DNA from: an uncultured Alphaproteobacteria bacterium
GTDB lineage: Bacteria; Pseudomonadota; Alphaproteobacteria; Rhizobiales; Beijerinckiaceae
Direction of reading: 5' to 3'
Assembly: GCA_963841875.1 (NCBI GenBank)
Contig: CAWJEI010000002.1
Coordinates: 91,838-155,837, forward strand
Length of the DNA: 64,000 nucleotides
The notes beneath the pieces are model-generated. The model saw only the letters and a list, made by a program, of their open reading frames with translations, had not been told where the DNA came from and ran no database searches. Of the stretch, positions 29,183 to 40,032 are shown in pieces. The position numbers and the translations under genes were made by a program. Each line of letters starts with the position of its first letter. Positions within the stretch are counted from its first letter, which is position 1.

Positions 29183-30607
29183 TCATTTTGGGCCCTGATC
29201 CTTGAGCCGTGCGAGACTTTCCTCGCGGCCAAGAATCTCCAGCACCTCGAAAATCCCCGGGGAAGTCGCGCGGCCCGTGAGCGCGGCGCGCAGCGGTTGC
29301 GCGAGGTCGCCGAGCTTGACGGAAAGCGCCTCCGCGGTCTCACGCACGGTGGCTTCGGTCGCGGCGGCGGTCCAGTCGGGCAGGGCGGAAAGACGCGGCG
29401 TCAGCGCCGCGAGCCGCTCCCGACCGCCTTGCGCCAGAAGCTGCGCGGCCTTCGCCTCCATGGGCAGCGGCCGCGCGGCGAAAAGGAACTTCGCGCCATC
29501 GAGCAGTTCGTTCAGCGTTTTCGCCCGCGCCTTGAGGCCCGACATGGCCGCCAGCAATTGCGCTTTCTTTTGGTCGTCGAGCCCCGCCGCGATTTCCGGC
29601 CCGTCCTTGAGATAGGGCAGCGTGGCGACAAGCGCGTCGGTCAGCTCCGCGTCGTCCATCGCGCGCATGAAATGGCCGTTCATGTTTTCGAGCTTGACGA
29701 AATCGAAACGCGCCGGCGAGCGATGCACCTGCGCGAGGTCGAAGGCCTCGATCAATTCCTCGCCGGTGAAAAACTCCTTGTCGCCCTGGCTCCAGCCGAG
29801 GCGGGCGAGATAATTGCGCAGGGCGGCGGGCAGATAGCCCAACTCGCGATAGGCGTCGACGCCAAGCGCGCCGTGACGCTTGGACAGCTTGGCGCCGTCC
29901 GGTCCATGGATCAGCGGAATATGGGCGAAGGCCGGCGCCTCCCAGCCCATCGCCTCGTAGATGTGCTTTTGCCGGGCGGCGTTGGTGAGATGGTCGTCGC
30001 CACGAATGATCTGCGTGATTCCCATGTCGTGATCGTCGACGACGACCGCGAGCATGTAGGTCGGCACCCCATCGGAGCGCAGCAGCACGAAATCGTCAAT
30101 GTCCTTGTTGGGGAACACGACGCGGCCCTGTACGGCGTCGTCGATGACGGTTTCGCCGTCGCGCGGCGCCTTGAGGCGGATGACCGGCCTGGCGCCCTCT
30201 GGCGCCTCGCTGGGGTCACGGTCGCGCCAGCGTCCGTCGTAACGCGGCGGGCGCCCTTCGGCTTTCGCCTTCTCGCGCATCTCGTCAAGCTCTTGCGCGG
30301 AGGCGTAGCAGCGATAGGCTGCGCCCTTGGCCAGCATCTCTTCCGCGACCTCGCGATGCCGCGCAGCGCGCGAATACTGGTAGACGACGTCGCCGTCCCA
30401 ATCGAGCCCGAGCCAGCGCAGACCGTCGAGAATGGCCTCCATCGCCGCGTCGGTCGAGCGTTCGCGGTCGGTGTCCTCGATCCGCAGTAGCATCCTGCCG
30501 CCGTGCTTTCTGGCGTAAAGCCAGTTGAACAGCGCGGTGCGCGCGCCGCCGATATGCAGAAAGCCCGTGGGCGAGGGCGCGAAACGTGTGACGACCTGTT
30601 GCGACAT
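29183..30607 (-). CDS. gltX: Glutamate--tRNA ligase
   Basis: 474 aa with a class I aaRS HIGH motif ([15 protein letters not shown]) and a KMSKS-like motif (KLSKRHGA). Confidence 0.9.
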   Translation of the reverse strand: MSQQVVTRFAPSPTGFLHIGGARTALFNWLYARKHGGRMLLRIEDTDRERSTDAAMEAILDGLRWLGLDWDGDVVYQYSRAARHREVAEEMLAKGAAYRCYASAQELDEMREKAKAEGRPPRYDGRWRDRDPSEAPEGARPVIRLKAPRDGETVIDDAVQGRVVFPNKDIDDFVLLRSDGVPTYMLAVVVDDHDMGITQIIRGDDHLTNAARQKHIYEAMGWEAPAFAHIPLIHGPDGAKLSKRHGALGVDAYRELGYLPAALRNYLARLGWSQGDKEFFTGEELIEAFDLAQVHRSPARFDFVKLENMNGHFMRAMDDAELTDALVATLPYLKDGPEIAAGLDDQKKAQLLAAMSGLKARAKTLNELLDGAKFLFAARPLPMEAKAAQLLAQGGRERLAALTPRLSALPDWTAAATEATVRETAEALSVKLGDLAQPLRAALTGRATSPGIFEVLEILGREESLARLKDQGPK

Positions 30608-30979
30608 TTATGAAACCAGCCGGGAGGGGAACGAAAACCGCCGGACGAGCAGGGCCTGCGGCGCGCCTTAGTATCATGGGCCTAGGCGCATTTCATCCCG
30701 TCCTGCGTGGTTGCGACGTTAAGCATTCGGCTGACGTTCTGAGGCCAACTCCATGTATCAATTTGTCGCTAACCATAGACGCGCGAAATTTATTTGAAGC
30801 AGGATCATATATTTGCATACAAAAACCCAGTAAATGGGCGGCGTGTTTTTCTTGTAGCTACTTGTGGACTGCAAGGCTCGCGCTTATTTTCCGCAGCGCA
30901 AGATGCCCGGCGCGCCTTCCGTGCGCCGCACTCTCTTGTGAACCGGCGGATTCGCGCCGGGAAGTCACTAAAAGGCGCG

Positions 30980-32995
30980 ATGTTCCGCATATGCGTGAGC
31001 ACTCAAATGTTGGAGTATTTTCATTCGCTGTCGCCCGCGTGGCACTGGACCATTATCCTCGCCGCGATTACTGTTGCGATAGCAGGCTTTGTCTATGTCA
31101 GCGGCATGGTCCGCTATATCCCCAACGACCGTCTTGGCGTCCTCGAAAAGCTCTGGAGCTTTAGCGGCTCTGTGACCGAAGGCTTCATCGCGCTGAACGG
31201 CGAGGCCGGCTTTCAGCCGGAGGCGCTGCGCGGCGGCTTTCACTTCTTCCCGCCGTTCCAGTATCGCGTGCACAAGGTGCCGCTGGTGTCGATCCCGCAG
31301 GGCCAGATCGGCTATGTCTATGCGCGCGACGGCGTGCCGCTCGCGCCCGAGCAGACGCTCGCGCAGAATGACGACGCGAGCGACTTCGAGAATGTGCGCG
31401 ACTTTCTCGCCAAGGGCGGCCAGAAAGGCCCGCAGCGCAAGATTTTGCGCGAGGGCGTCTACGCCATAAACCTCGCCCAGTTCGTCGTGCTGACTGTCGC
31501 GCGCAATTATTCGGTGGAGCTGGCCGCGAGCGACGACGATGTGCTTAAGACCGCCAATCTGATCGCTTCGCGCAAGGGTTTCGAGCCTATCGTGATCAAG
31601 GACGAGCAGGACGTCATCGGCGTCGTGACCGTGCATGACGGCCCTGCGCTGCCCGAGGGCGAGATCATCGCGCCGACGGTGGGCGCCAATGCGGGCGCGC
31701 AGAACTTCCACAACAACTTCCAGAACCCTTCCGCCTTCCTGCGCGCGGGCGGCTTCAGAGGCCGTCAGCATCAGGTTCTGGTTGACGGCACCTATTACAT
31801 CAACCGCCTGTTCGCCACCGTGGAGCTTGTCGCCAAGACAGTGATCGAGGTGGGCACGGTCGGCGTCGTTGTCTCCTATACCGGTCCCTATGGCGCCGAT
31901 ATTTCGGGCGCCACATATCGTCACGGCGAACTGGTCGAACCCGGCCAGCGCGGCGTGTGGAGCAAGCCGCTTCTGCCCGGCAAATACGCCTTCAACACTT
32001 TCGCCGGCAAGATCGTCAACGTGCCGACCACCAACTTCGTGCTGAAATGGACCTCGGATGCAACCGGTCCGCACAGGCTCGATGAGAACCTTTCCGAGAT
32101 TGGCCTCATCACCAAGGACGCCTTCGAGCCGGTGCTGCCGCTCTCGGTGGTGGTTCATATCGATTACATGAAGGCGCCGCTGGTCGTGCAGCGCTTTGGC
32201 GACGTGAAGCGTCTCGTCGAGCAGACGCTCGATCCGATGGTATCGGCCTATTTCAAGAACATCGGCCAGACCAAAACGCTGATCGAGTTGCTGCAGGAGC
32301 GCAGCGACATTCAAAGTCAATCGAGCGAGGAGATGAAGGTCAAATTCGCCGCCTACAGTCTCGATTTGCAGGAAGTGCTGATCGGCACGCCGCGCGCGGA
32401 GAAGCAGGAAGGCCAGTCCGGCATAGAGCAGATCTTGCTGCAACTGCGCCAGAGGCAGATAGCCGTGGAAAAGGTGGAAACCTACAAGCTGCAGGAGGTC
32501 GCGGCGGTGCAGGAGCGCACGCTGCGCGAGAAGGAAGCAATGGCGCAGCAGCAGGCCAATATCACGGCTTCGTCGCTGGCGATCACGCTGCGTGAAAACG
32601 AAGGCAAGGCCAAGCTGGCTCAGACGCATCAGGAAGCCGAGGCCACCCAGGTCGCGGCCAAGGCAAGCGCGGAGCGCGTGCGTCTCGAAGGCCAGGGCGA
32701 CGCGGACCGCATCCGCGCGATCGGTCTCGCCGACGCCGAGAAAATCCGCGCGGTAGGCCTTGCGCAGGCGGAGGCCACGGAGAAGCAGGTCGAGGCCTAT
32801 GGCGGCCCAGAGTATCAGCTCAATTCGCAGGTGTTGACGCGTTTCGCCGAGGCCGTGGAGAACGGCAAGCTGCCGCTCGTGCCGCAGATCATGGTTGGCG
32901 GCGACGGCAAGGGCGGCGGCAACCTCTTAGAAATGCTGCTGGCCATGCTTGTCGCCGAGAAGACCGGCGACAGGAAGCTTCCACCGGCGGCGTAA
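30980..32995 (+). CDS. Flotillin-like SPFH/band-7 protein (YqiK family)
   Basis: N-terminal TM helix (WTIILAAITVAIAGFVYV), an SPFH domain and a long Ala/Glu/Gln-rich coiled-coil tail. Start chosen at the ATG at 30980, which has an SD aaagg upstream; the alternative start is 31007. The ORF-track start at 30794 is probably an over-extension. Confidence 0.7.
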   Translation: MFRICVSTQMLEYFHSLSPAWHWTIILAAITVAIAGFVYVSGMVRYIPNDRLGVLEKLWSFSGSVTEGFIALNGEAGFQPEALRGGFHFFPPFQYRVHKVPLVSIPQGQIGYVYARDGVPLAPEQTLAQNDDASDFENVRDFLAKGGQKGPQRKILREGVYAINLAQFVVLTVARNYSVELAASDDDVLKTANLIASRKGFEPIVIKDEQDVIGVVTVHDGPALPEGEIIAPTVGANAGAQNFHNNFQNPSAFLRAGGFRGRQHQVLVDGTYYINRLFATVELVAKTVIEVGTVGVVVSYTGPYGADISGATYRHGELVEPGQRGVWSKPLLPGKYAFNTFAGKIVNVPTTNFVLKWTSDATGPHRLDENLSEIGLITKDAFEPVLPLSVVVHIDYMKAPLVVQRFGDVKRLVEQTLDPMVSAYFKNIGQTKTLIELLQERSDIQSQSSEEMKVKFAAYSLDLQEVLIGTPRAEKQEGQSGIEQILLQLRQRQIAVEKVETYKLQEVAAVQERTLREKEAMAQQQANITASSLAITLRENEGKAKLAQTHQEAEATQVAAKASAERVRLEGQGDADRIRAIGLADAEKIRAVGLAQAEATEKQVEAYGGPEYQLNSQVLTRFAEAVENGKLPLVPQIMVGGDGKGGGNLLEMLLAMLVAEKTGDRKLPPAA

Positions 32996-33090
32996 AGTCT
33001 CGCAACGTAATTTGATCCTCGTATGACAGGCACGGGAGAGCAGCTTCAAGCGCTCCCCCGTTCCCTTTTCAAAGCAACAAAGCGGTTCAA

Positions 33091-34302
33091 TCAAGCGGCG
33101 GGGTGAAACACGGCCATGGCGCGTTCCGCCCATTGGATGCGTTTGCTAAGGGCCGGAACTCCGGGCTTTTCATAGGAGTTCATGAAAGCCTCCACGGCCG
33201 TGGCCAGGGACGTCGTCATTTTCAGTTTGTCGATCACAGTGCGGAACTCGCCATGCAGATCCTTGACCAGGAATCCGTAATTTGCGGCGTCTGACGTAGG
33301 ATCCAGCGCGTTTTCGTGGCAGTAGTCCTCAAATTGCACACGGCGCGAACCTGTCCATTGAGCCCATCCAAAGCCGCCCCGACTTCCCGCCACGGTCGGA
33401 TGCCCCTCCTGCATCGCAGTGAAGCCGAAGGATTCCTCGCCAAGATTGCCGAGTATTCCACCCGCTTGGAAGTCCGTCAGTTGAAATTCCGCAATCAGAT
33501 CCGCCATGATTTTTGGCGCCTTGCTTTGGAAAAACTGGACGGGATTCTTCGGGGGATGCGTCGGCTCGGTCGGCGGTTTCCCCGGCTTTCCCGGTTTGCC
33601 TGGCTTTCCGTCTCCACCATCACCGTCCGCCGGCGGCGTGACTTTCCCTTTCACGATCGTTTGCGCGAAGGCTTCAATTATATCTACGCCGACATAGCCA
33701 ACGCTGGCGAGATAGACGAGCAGGTCGCCGGATATTGTTTTCGCCTCGAAGACTTTCGGCGTCAGCGCGCCGATGACGCCCGCAACGAAGCCGATCATCA
33801 GGCCGATGAAAATTCTGGCTGCACTGAATGCATCGGCCTCACTGGGGGCCGTGTCGTAGACATCCGACAGCTTTTTAAGGCCAACGATGGTGCGGACGCC
33901 TTGTCCGACCATCCCCATGGCGCCGCCAATGAGCAGTATCGCGATTACCTCGTAGATGGGTCTGCTGGCGCCAGACACGACAATTCCGGTCACGGGCAGG
34001 GAGGATATCTGTTCCTTTTCGGGCGTCGTGGGAGCGGCCGCATGAGGCGGCTTTGTCGTCTCTTCAAGCGTAGCTGGCGGCGCCTTGAGCGCCTGAGCCT
34101 CCCGGCCCTTGCACGCCTCCTCGGACTTTTCCGCGGCCGCCTTTTGCTCCTCGGCGGTTTTTAGCCTTCCCTCGCACTCATTGAGCGCCGCCGTCGACGC
34201 CCGCGCGGCGGGCGTTCTGGTTTGCGCCATGAGCGGTGGGGCAGCGGCGACGAACGCCGCGCAAAGAGCCGCGCAGATCAGCAATGCCTTTGTTGTTTTC
34301 AT
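33091..34302 (-). CDS. Exported membrane-anchored protein with Pro/Gly-rich linker and C-terminal putative lysozyme-like (muramidase) domain
   Basis: Signal peptide (MKTTKALLICAALCAAFVAAAPPLMAQ), a coiled-coil region and two TM helices. A linker PPADGDGGDGKPGKPGKPGKPPTEP precedes a C-terminal ~150-aa domain containing ...ILGNLGEESFGFTAMQE... (a lytic-transglycosylase/lysozyme-like E-S motif). The domain call is tentative. Confidence 0.4.
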   Translation of the reverse strand: MKTTKALLICAALCAAFVAAAPPLMAQTRTPAARASTAALNECEGRLKTAEEQKAAAEKSEEACKGREAQALKAPPATLEETTKPPHAAAPTTPEKEQISSLPVTGIVVSGASRPIYEVIAILLIGGAMGMVGQGVRTIVGLKKLSDVYDTAPSEADAFSAARIFIGLMIGFVAGVIGALTPKVFEAKTISGDLLVYLASVGYVGVDIIEAFAQTIVKGKVTPPADGDGGDGKPGKPGKPGKPPTEPTHPPKNPVQFFQSKAPKIMADLIAEFQLTDFQAGGILGNLGEESFGFTAMQEGHPTVAGSRGGFGWAQWTGSRRVQFEDYCHENALDPTSDAANYGFLVKDLHGEFRTVIDKLKMTTSLATAVEAFMNSYEKPGVPALSKRIQWAERAMAVFHPAA

Positions 34303-34529
34303 GTTCGTACCTGATGAAAAGTCATCCGCGAAAAGTCTTGAGTCTGAAACGTCTCGTTATCTATCTGGTTCCATGGGCGCTCCAATTTTGGCGGCTGTTC
34401 CGCCCCGGATATTAGCCTCGGCCCTTTCGTTGACAATTTAACGCGCGCGTTTAGCCTTCGCCTGGCTGTAGCCTCCTGCGACGAAGGAAGGCAGGCCTTT
34501 TTGTCATGCAATGGATTTTGGAGAATGAA

Positions 34530-36660
34530 ATGCCTGGAATGGAAGCTTTGCGCGCATCGCATATCCCTGCGTTGGGGCTGGCCGCCGCGCTTCTTGCTTC
34601 TCCAGCGATTGCGTCGCCGATCAAGGAACCCCCTGTGTTTGCGAGTTCTTCCGGACTCCTCGATGTCATGATCGTCGCCGAGGCGAAGCCGGTGACGTCG
34701 TTCGCTGTCGGCGGCGCGCATCCTACGGGGTGGTTCTATACGATCTGTCCGCGACCCGCTGAAGGCGCGTCCTGTCCAAACAATGAAAAAACCGCCCGAG
34801 CCTATGGCGGGACGCGGCTGGCCCTGCAGCCGGGAGACAGGCTGAAAATCCGCTTGGTCAACAAGCTGCCGGCGATAGCCCCGGGCGCGATCGCCTATAT
34901 CAAGGAAAATCCGCTTCTCGCGCTCAACCCCACCAATCTGCACATGCACGGACTTGTCGTGGCGGCGGGCGCGAACGCCGCGCCTCCTTCCGCCATTCCG
35001 ACCTATGGGGATTTCATCTTCACATCGGTGTTCAACCCCGCCAACGGAGACCCGGCCAAGGTCGACCCGGGAGCCTTGGGGATGATCAAAACCCATGGCA
35101 ACGTCGTCCCGGGCGGGGTGGTCGATTATGACATCAGGATTCCGGCCGATCATCCCGCCGGCGCCTACTGGTTTCACCCGCATGTCCACGGCCTCGCGCT
35201 GAACCAGCTCTCCGCCGGTCTGTCAGGGATCATCAGCATTGGCAAGGTGGCGGCGTACGCCTGCGCGAATGAAGCCTGCACGCAGCCAATAAAAGAAGTC
35301 CTCGCTGCGCCACCTCATCATCAAGGACATGCAGGTGCTGGGCGATCACAGCGGCAAGTTCGAGGAAGATCCCGACTTTTGCGCAAATGGGCCCGCGAAC
35401 GCCCCGGCGGGAAATGGCGTCTGCCCCGGCGACCCCAAGGCCTACCCGGGGGGCCAATGGTTCTTCACGCTGAACGGACAGAAATATCCGTCGATCCGGC
35501 TCGGCTCGCCGGACGGCGAGCTATGGCGCCTCACCAACGCCTCGGGGAGCGCGTCCTATAATCTTCAGCTCACCAATGATCAAACCGGCGCGCCGATCGC
35601 CGTGCAGATCATTTCGATCGACGGCGTGGCGGTGGAGTTTCCAGGCGGCGCGAATGCGGGACAGATCGTCGAATTCGCCCGCAATCGCATCAAGCTTGCG
35701 AAATGCGGATCGTCCCTTCCTTCGGACGCCGGCGTCTCGCAGGCGGCCGATCTGAAGGAGACCTACGCGCACGCTCCGGTTTGCGCGACGGAGATCATAT
35801 TGATGCCTGCCTCCAGGGTGGAAATCCACGTCGCTTACAGGGACGCGAAAAACGCCCTTGCGAGGCCGCCGCGACACGCAACAGCGACATTGCAATCGAC
35901 CGGTTTCAACACCGGACCGGGTGGAGACAATTGGCCGGCCGTGAAACTGGCGAACGTTTCATTCGCGCATGGCGGCCCGCTCGCGCTCGCCGAGGCCATC
36001 CATGTCAAGTCAGCGGCGAATTTCGGCCCGGGCGGAATTTTCTCGGCTCCGGTTCCCGGCGCTGCATCGGCTCCCCTGCCTCCCGGCTGCAAGCCGATCG
36101 CGACGGGGCATCATCGTCGCATCTATTTCGGCAACCCCAATATCGCGGGCGTCGCGACGCCGGGCGAGGATGCGGACGGCAATGCGGTGTTTGGCCTTGG
36201 CTATGAGGAGATCGACGAAAAAGGCGTTGCGGTTCCCGGATCATTGCAGGATCTCGCGCAATTCGATCCATCGCAACTGATCTGCCTGCCGCTGGCGCCG
36301 GGACAAAAGCCCGCGCTGGAAACATGGGAACTCTACAACCTCACGACCGAGCTGCATAATTTTCATATCCACCAGACCAAGTTCCGCAAGCTGGATTCTA
36401 AATCGACACAATCGGGCGTCGTGGAGGACACGGTTCCCTTGCCCTTCGCCGTTCCGGGCGCCGGTTCTCAGCCCCAGCTCAATGCGGAGGCGACCTCCTG
36501 CACCATCGCCGACTTCAAGGCGTCCCGCTGCGCCGTAACGCCGGTAGTGGTGGAGATACCTTTCGCCAAGCTCGGGAAATTCGTCTTTCACTGCCACATC
36601 CTCGAACATGAGGACGGCGGCATGATGAGAACGATCCAGGTGGTTCCCTCGTCTATCTGA
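34530..36660 (+). CDS. Multicopper oxidase, interrupted by an apparent +1 frameshift near 35290-35305
   Basis: ORF 34506-35561 has a signal peptide plus cupredoxin domain 1 (HMHGL, WFHPHVHG copper-ligand motifs). ORF 35329-36660 supplies the remaining domains, including the C-terminal HCHILEHEDGGMM copper site. The frames switch at ...TQPIKE|..LRHLIIKDMQVLGDHSG. Start chosen at ATG 34530 because of the upstream SD ggaga. Confidence 0.75.
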
Positions 36661-38928
36661 GTGGACAGCGTGCAGGACATCGCCAAATCCGCTTCGGACG
36701 CGCTCGGCGGAGCGGGGCAGGGACGCGCGCCTTTCTGGGGAGCGCTTGCGCTGCGGCTGGGGGCGACGCTTCGAGCCGCCTATGCAAGAGAGACCGCGCT
36801 GCGCCGCCCCTTCCTCTGGACGCCTGTCGCGGCGGGCGCGGGGGCGCTCCTTTACTTCGCGGCGGAGCACGAGCCCTCGTTTCCCTTCGCGCTGGCGCTG
36901 TTCTGCGCCTTCGCTTTTGGCGCATGGCGCGCGCGGGCGCATCCGCGTTTCTTCATTCCGCTATTGCTGCTCGCCTGCGTCTCCGGCGGCTTTTTCTCCG
37001 CCGTGTGGCGCGCGGCGCGCGTCGACGCGCCCATTCTGCCGCGCATCGGAATCGGCCAGCTCACCGGCTTTGTCGAGGAGCTGGATTTGCGCCGCGCGGG
37101 CGCGCGCTTCGTGCTGCGCGTCGCCAGCGCTGAAGGCCTGCCCGGCGAAGTGAGCCCCGCGCGGGTGCGCCTCACCCTGCGCGGCGATCCAAACTTCAAG
37201 GCGGGCGACTTCATCGCGCTGAAGGCGCGGCTGCTGCCGCCCGCGCATGCGTCGCTGCCCGGCGGATATGACTTCGCGCGCGACGCGTATTTTCTGGGGA
37301 TCGGCGCCGTCGGCAGCGTGCTGGGGCGTATCGAGACGATGCCGCCCCCGGACCCCGCGCCCTTTTCGCTGCGCTTTTACGCGGCGGTGGACCGCGCCCG
37401 CAATGCGCTGGCCTCGCGCGTCTATAACGCGCTGGATGGCGACACGGGCGCCATCGCGGCGGCGATGGTGACGGGCAAGCGCGACTTCCTTTCCGAAAGC
37501 GCGAAGGAGTTGATCCGCCGCGCCGGCATTTTTCACATCGTCACCATTTCCGGCATACAGATGTCGCTGGTCGCCGGCATTTTCTTCGTCGGCCTGCGCC
37601 GGCTCTTCGCGCTCTCGCAGACGCTGGCGCTGAATTATCCGATCAAGAAATGGGCGGCGGCGCTGGCGATCCTCGGCGCCGTGATCTACGACCTCGGCGT
37701 CGGCTCGCGCGTCGGCACGGAGCGCGCGCTGGTGATGACGCTGGTGATGCTCGTCGCGGTGCTGTTCGACCGGCCCGCTTTCTCGATGCGCAATCTCGCC
37801 TGGGCGGTGTTCTTCGTCGTCGCCTTCGAGCCGGAGGCCCTGCTCGGCGCGAGCTTTCAGCTATCCTTCGCCGCCGTCGCCGCTCTGATCGCGGTCTATG
37901 AATCGCGCAATGAAATCCGCTACGCGCGGCTCGAGCGCGCAACCGACGTATGGGCCGGCGGCGCTCTTCCCCCGCCGGAAGGCCTGTTCTCGCGGCTGCG
38001 GCGCGGCGCGTTGCTGGGGCCGGGCGCCGCGCTGTTCGCGACATTCTGCGCGACCTCGGCCACGGCCTCCTTCATGGCCAATGATTTTCACGAGATCAGC
38101 CCCTATGTGCTGATCGGCAATCCGCTCACCCTCGCCATCATCGAGTTTTTCGCCGTGCCCGCCGCGCTGCTCGGGGCCGCGCTCTATCCGCTGGGGCTCG
38201 ACGGTCTCGTTTGGAGCTACCTCGGGCTCGGCATCAATCTCGTCACCGCCATCGCGAGGCTGATCGCAAGCGCGCCCGGCGCCAGCATCGCCGTAAAGAG
38301 CTTCGCGCCATGGTCCATTTTCTTTCTCGCCCTTGCGCTGGCCTCGCTGGTGTTGTGGCGAAGCTGGATCTTGCGCGCGCTCGCCATTCCGCTGGCGATG
38401 ATCGGCCTGCTTGGCGCCTCCAGCGGCGAGGGTTTCGATCTTGTCGTTGCGCCCGGCGGCGACTCGGCGGCGCTGCGGCAGGCGGACGGGACGCTCGCCG
38501 TGCTCGGGAGCAGGCCCAGCGCCTTCGCGGCGGAGCAATGGCTGCGCGCCGACGCCGACCTGCGCGCGCCCGGCGACGCCAAGGGCGGCGTCTCCTGCGA
38601 CGATTATGGTTGCATCGCGCGCGCGCGGGACGGGCGCTTCGTCGCGCTGGTCGAGAAGCGGGCCGCGCTGATCGAGGATTGCGCCAGAGCCGCCGTGGTG
38701 GTGACGCCCTTGTTCGCGCCGCAGGGCTGCGCGGCGCCGATCGTCATTGACCGCAGAAAGCTGGAGGAGACGGGCGCGCCCGCGCTGCGCTTCAAGCCGG
38801 GCGGCGCCGAATGGACCACCGCCCGCGCGCGCGGCGAGGACAGGCCGTGGTCGCGGGCGCCGCGAGAGCGCAGGACGGTGGCGGTTGATGCGGGGAAGCA
38901 GGAGGATTTTGGCGACGGAGAGGAGTAG
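36661..38928 (+). CDS. comEC: ComEC/Rec2-family competence (DNA internalisation) membrane protein
   Basis: 755-aa polytopic membrane protein with DUF4131-like N-terminal and competence-domain architecture (...IFHIVTISGIQMSLVAG...). GTG start abuts the multicopper oxidase stop codon. Lies next to lexA, the common alphaproteobacterial synteny. Confidence 0.7.
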   Translation: MDSVQDIAKSASDALGGAGQGRAPFWGALALRLGATLRAAYARETALRRPFLWTPVAAGAGALLYFAAEHEPSFPFALALFCAFAFGAWRARAHPRFFIPLLLLACVSGGFFSAVWRAARVDAPILPRIGIGQLTGFVEELDLRRAGARFVLRVASAEGLPGEVSPARVRLTLRGDPNFKAGDFIALKARLLPPAHASLPGGYDFARDAYFLGIGAVGSVLGRIETMPPPDPAPFSLRFYAAVDRARNALASRVYNALDGDTGAIAAAMVTGKRDFLSESAKELIRRAGIFHIVTISGIQMSLVAGIFFVGLRRLFALSQTLALNYPIKKWAAALAILGAVIYDLGVGSRVGTERALVMTLVMLVAVLFDRPAFSMRNLAWAVFFVVAFEPEALLGASFQLSFAAVAALIAVYESRNEIRYARLERATDVWAGGALPPPEGLFSRLRRGALLGPGAALFATFCATSATASFMANDFHEISPYVLIGNPLTLAIIEFFAVPAALLGAALYPLGLDGLVWSYLGLGINLVTAIARLIASAPGASIAVKSFAPWSIFFLALALASLVLWRSWILRALAIPLAMIGLLGASSGEGFDLVVAPGGDSAALRQADGTLAVLGSRPSAFAAEQWLRADADLRAPGDAKGGVSCDDYGCIARARDGRFVALVEKRAALIEDCARAAVVVTPLFAPQGCAAPIVIDRRKLEETGAPALRFKPGGAEWTTARARGEDRPWSRAPRERRTVAVDAGKQEDFGDGEE

Positions 38929-39133
38929 GGGCTGCGTTGATGCAGAGAGGCGCGCCCTGAAATTTCCCGCAACGCGGATGCCGCCCGATCCCTCCCCTTT
39001 ACGGGGAGGGTGGCGCGCGCCAGCGCGACGGGTGGGGTGAGCCGCGACCGTGGCGGGAGGTCTCGCTTGTATGCGCTGGTTGAAGCGAGCCCTCATCCGA
39101 CCCTTGCATCAGCAAGGTCGGATGAGGGCCGCC

Positions 39134-39844
39134 TCAATACTTCCGCAGCAGGCTCACCAGTCTGCCCTGAATCCGCACGCGGTCGGGGCCGAAGATGCGG
39201 GTTTCATAGGCGGGATTCGCCGCCTCCAGCGCGATCGACGCGCCGCGCTTGCGCAGGCGCTTCAGCGTCGCTTCCTCGTCGTCGATCAGCGCGACGACGA
39301 TATCGCCGCTGTCGGCCTGTTCCTGTTTCTTGATCACGACCGTGTCGCCGTCGAGAATGCCGGCCTCGATCATCGAATCGCCGCGCACTTCCAGCGCGAA
39401 ATGCTCGCCATTGGAGAGCATGTCCGGCGGCAGGCTGATGGTGTGGCTGCGCGACTGGATCGCGGAGATCGGCGTGCCGGCGGCGATGCGGCCCATGACC
39501 GGAATGGCGACCTGCTGGCCTTCCATTTCCTCCTCGCGCTCATGCAGCGGGCGCACGCGGCCGAGCGTGCCCTCGATGACGGAGGGCGAGAATTTGCGGG
39601 AGCGGTTGGGGGCGCCCGAGGGCGTCGAGGATTCGGGCAGGCGCAGCACTTCCAGCGCGCGGGCGCGATTTGGAAGGCGGCGGATGAAGCCGCGCTCCTC
39701 CAGCGCGAGGATGAGCCGGTGGATGCCGGACTTGGAGCGCAGGTCCAGCGCGTCCTTCATCTCGTCGAAGGAGGGCGGAACGCCGGTCTCCTTGAGGCGC
39801 TCATTGATGAAACGCAGGAGATCGCTCTGTTTTCTCGTCAACAT
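39134..39844 (-). CDS. lexA: LexA repressor
   Basis: 236 aa with an N-terminal wHTH ([29 protein letters not shown]) and a C-terminal S24 peptidase domain with Ser/Lys dyad motifs (GDSM, ...KRLRK...). Confidence 0.9.
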   Translation of the reverse strand: MLTRKQSDLLRFINERLKETGVPPSFDEMKDALDLRSKSGIHRLILALEERGFIRRLPNRARALEVLRLPESSTPSGAPNRSRKFSPSVIEGTLGRVRPLHEREEEMEGQQVAIPVMGRIAAGTPISAIQSRSHTISLPPDMLSNGEHFALEVRGDSMIEAGILDGDTVVIKKQEQADSGDIVVALIDDEEATLKRLRKRGASIALEAANPAYETRIFGPDRVRIQGRLVSLLRKY

Positions 39845-39943
39845 TCCAAAAGCCCCCGGAGAGCGACGGGCGGTTTTTCCGCCAAATCATGTGGCCGAAC
39901 TATGGCCGCCGCTCATAAACAAATCATGAACGTCAGCATAGAC

Positions 39944-39958
39944 GTTCTTGCTGCGTTC
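39944..39958. promoter_or_regulatory. LexA box GTTC-N7-GTTC upstream of lexA (autoregulation)
   Basis: Sequence gttcTTGCTGCgttc lies in the lexA 5' region and exactly matches the alphaproteobacterial SOS operator direct repeat. Confidence 0.6.
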
Positions 39959-40032
39959 CGTCAACGGGGGCGATATTATACTTGACATACCCAACCCCAA
40001 GATATAGGATTTGAGCCATAGGAGATTTTGCT

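Noticed and set aside
29297-30490. 397-aa plus-strand ORF
   Set aside because: Antisense to gltX.
30968-32629. 553-aa minus-strand ORF
   Set aside because: Antisense to the flotillin-like gene.
37861-39096. 411-aa minus-strand ORF
   Set aside because: Antisense to comEC; Arg/Gly-rich.
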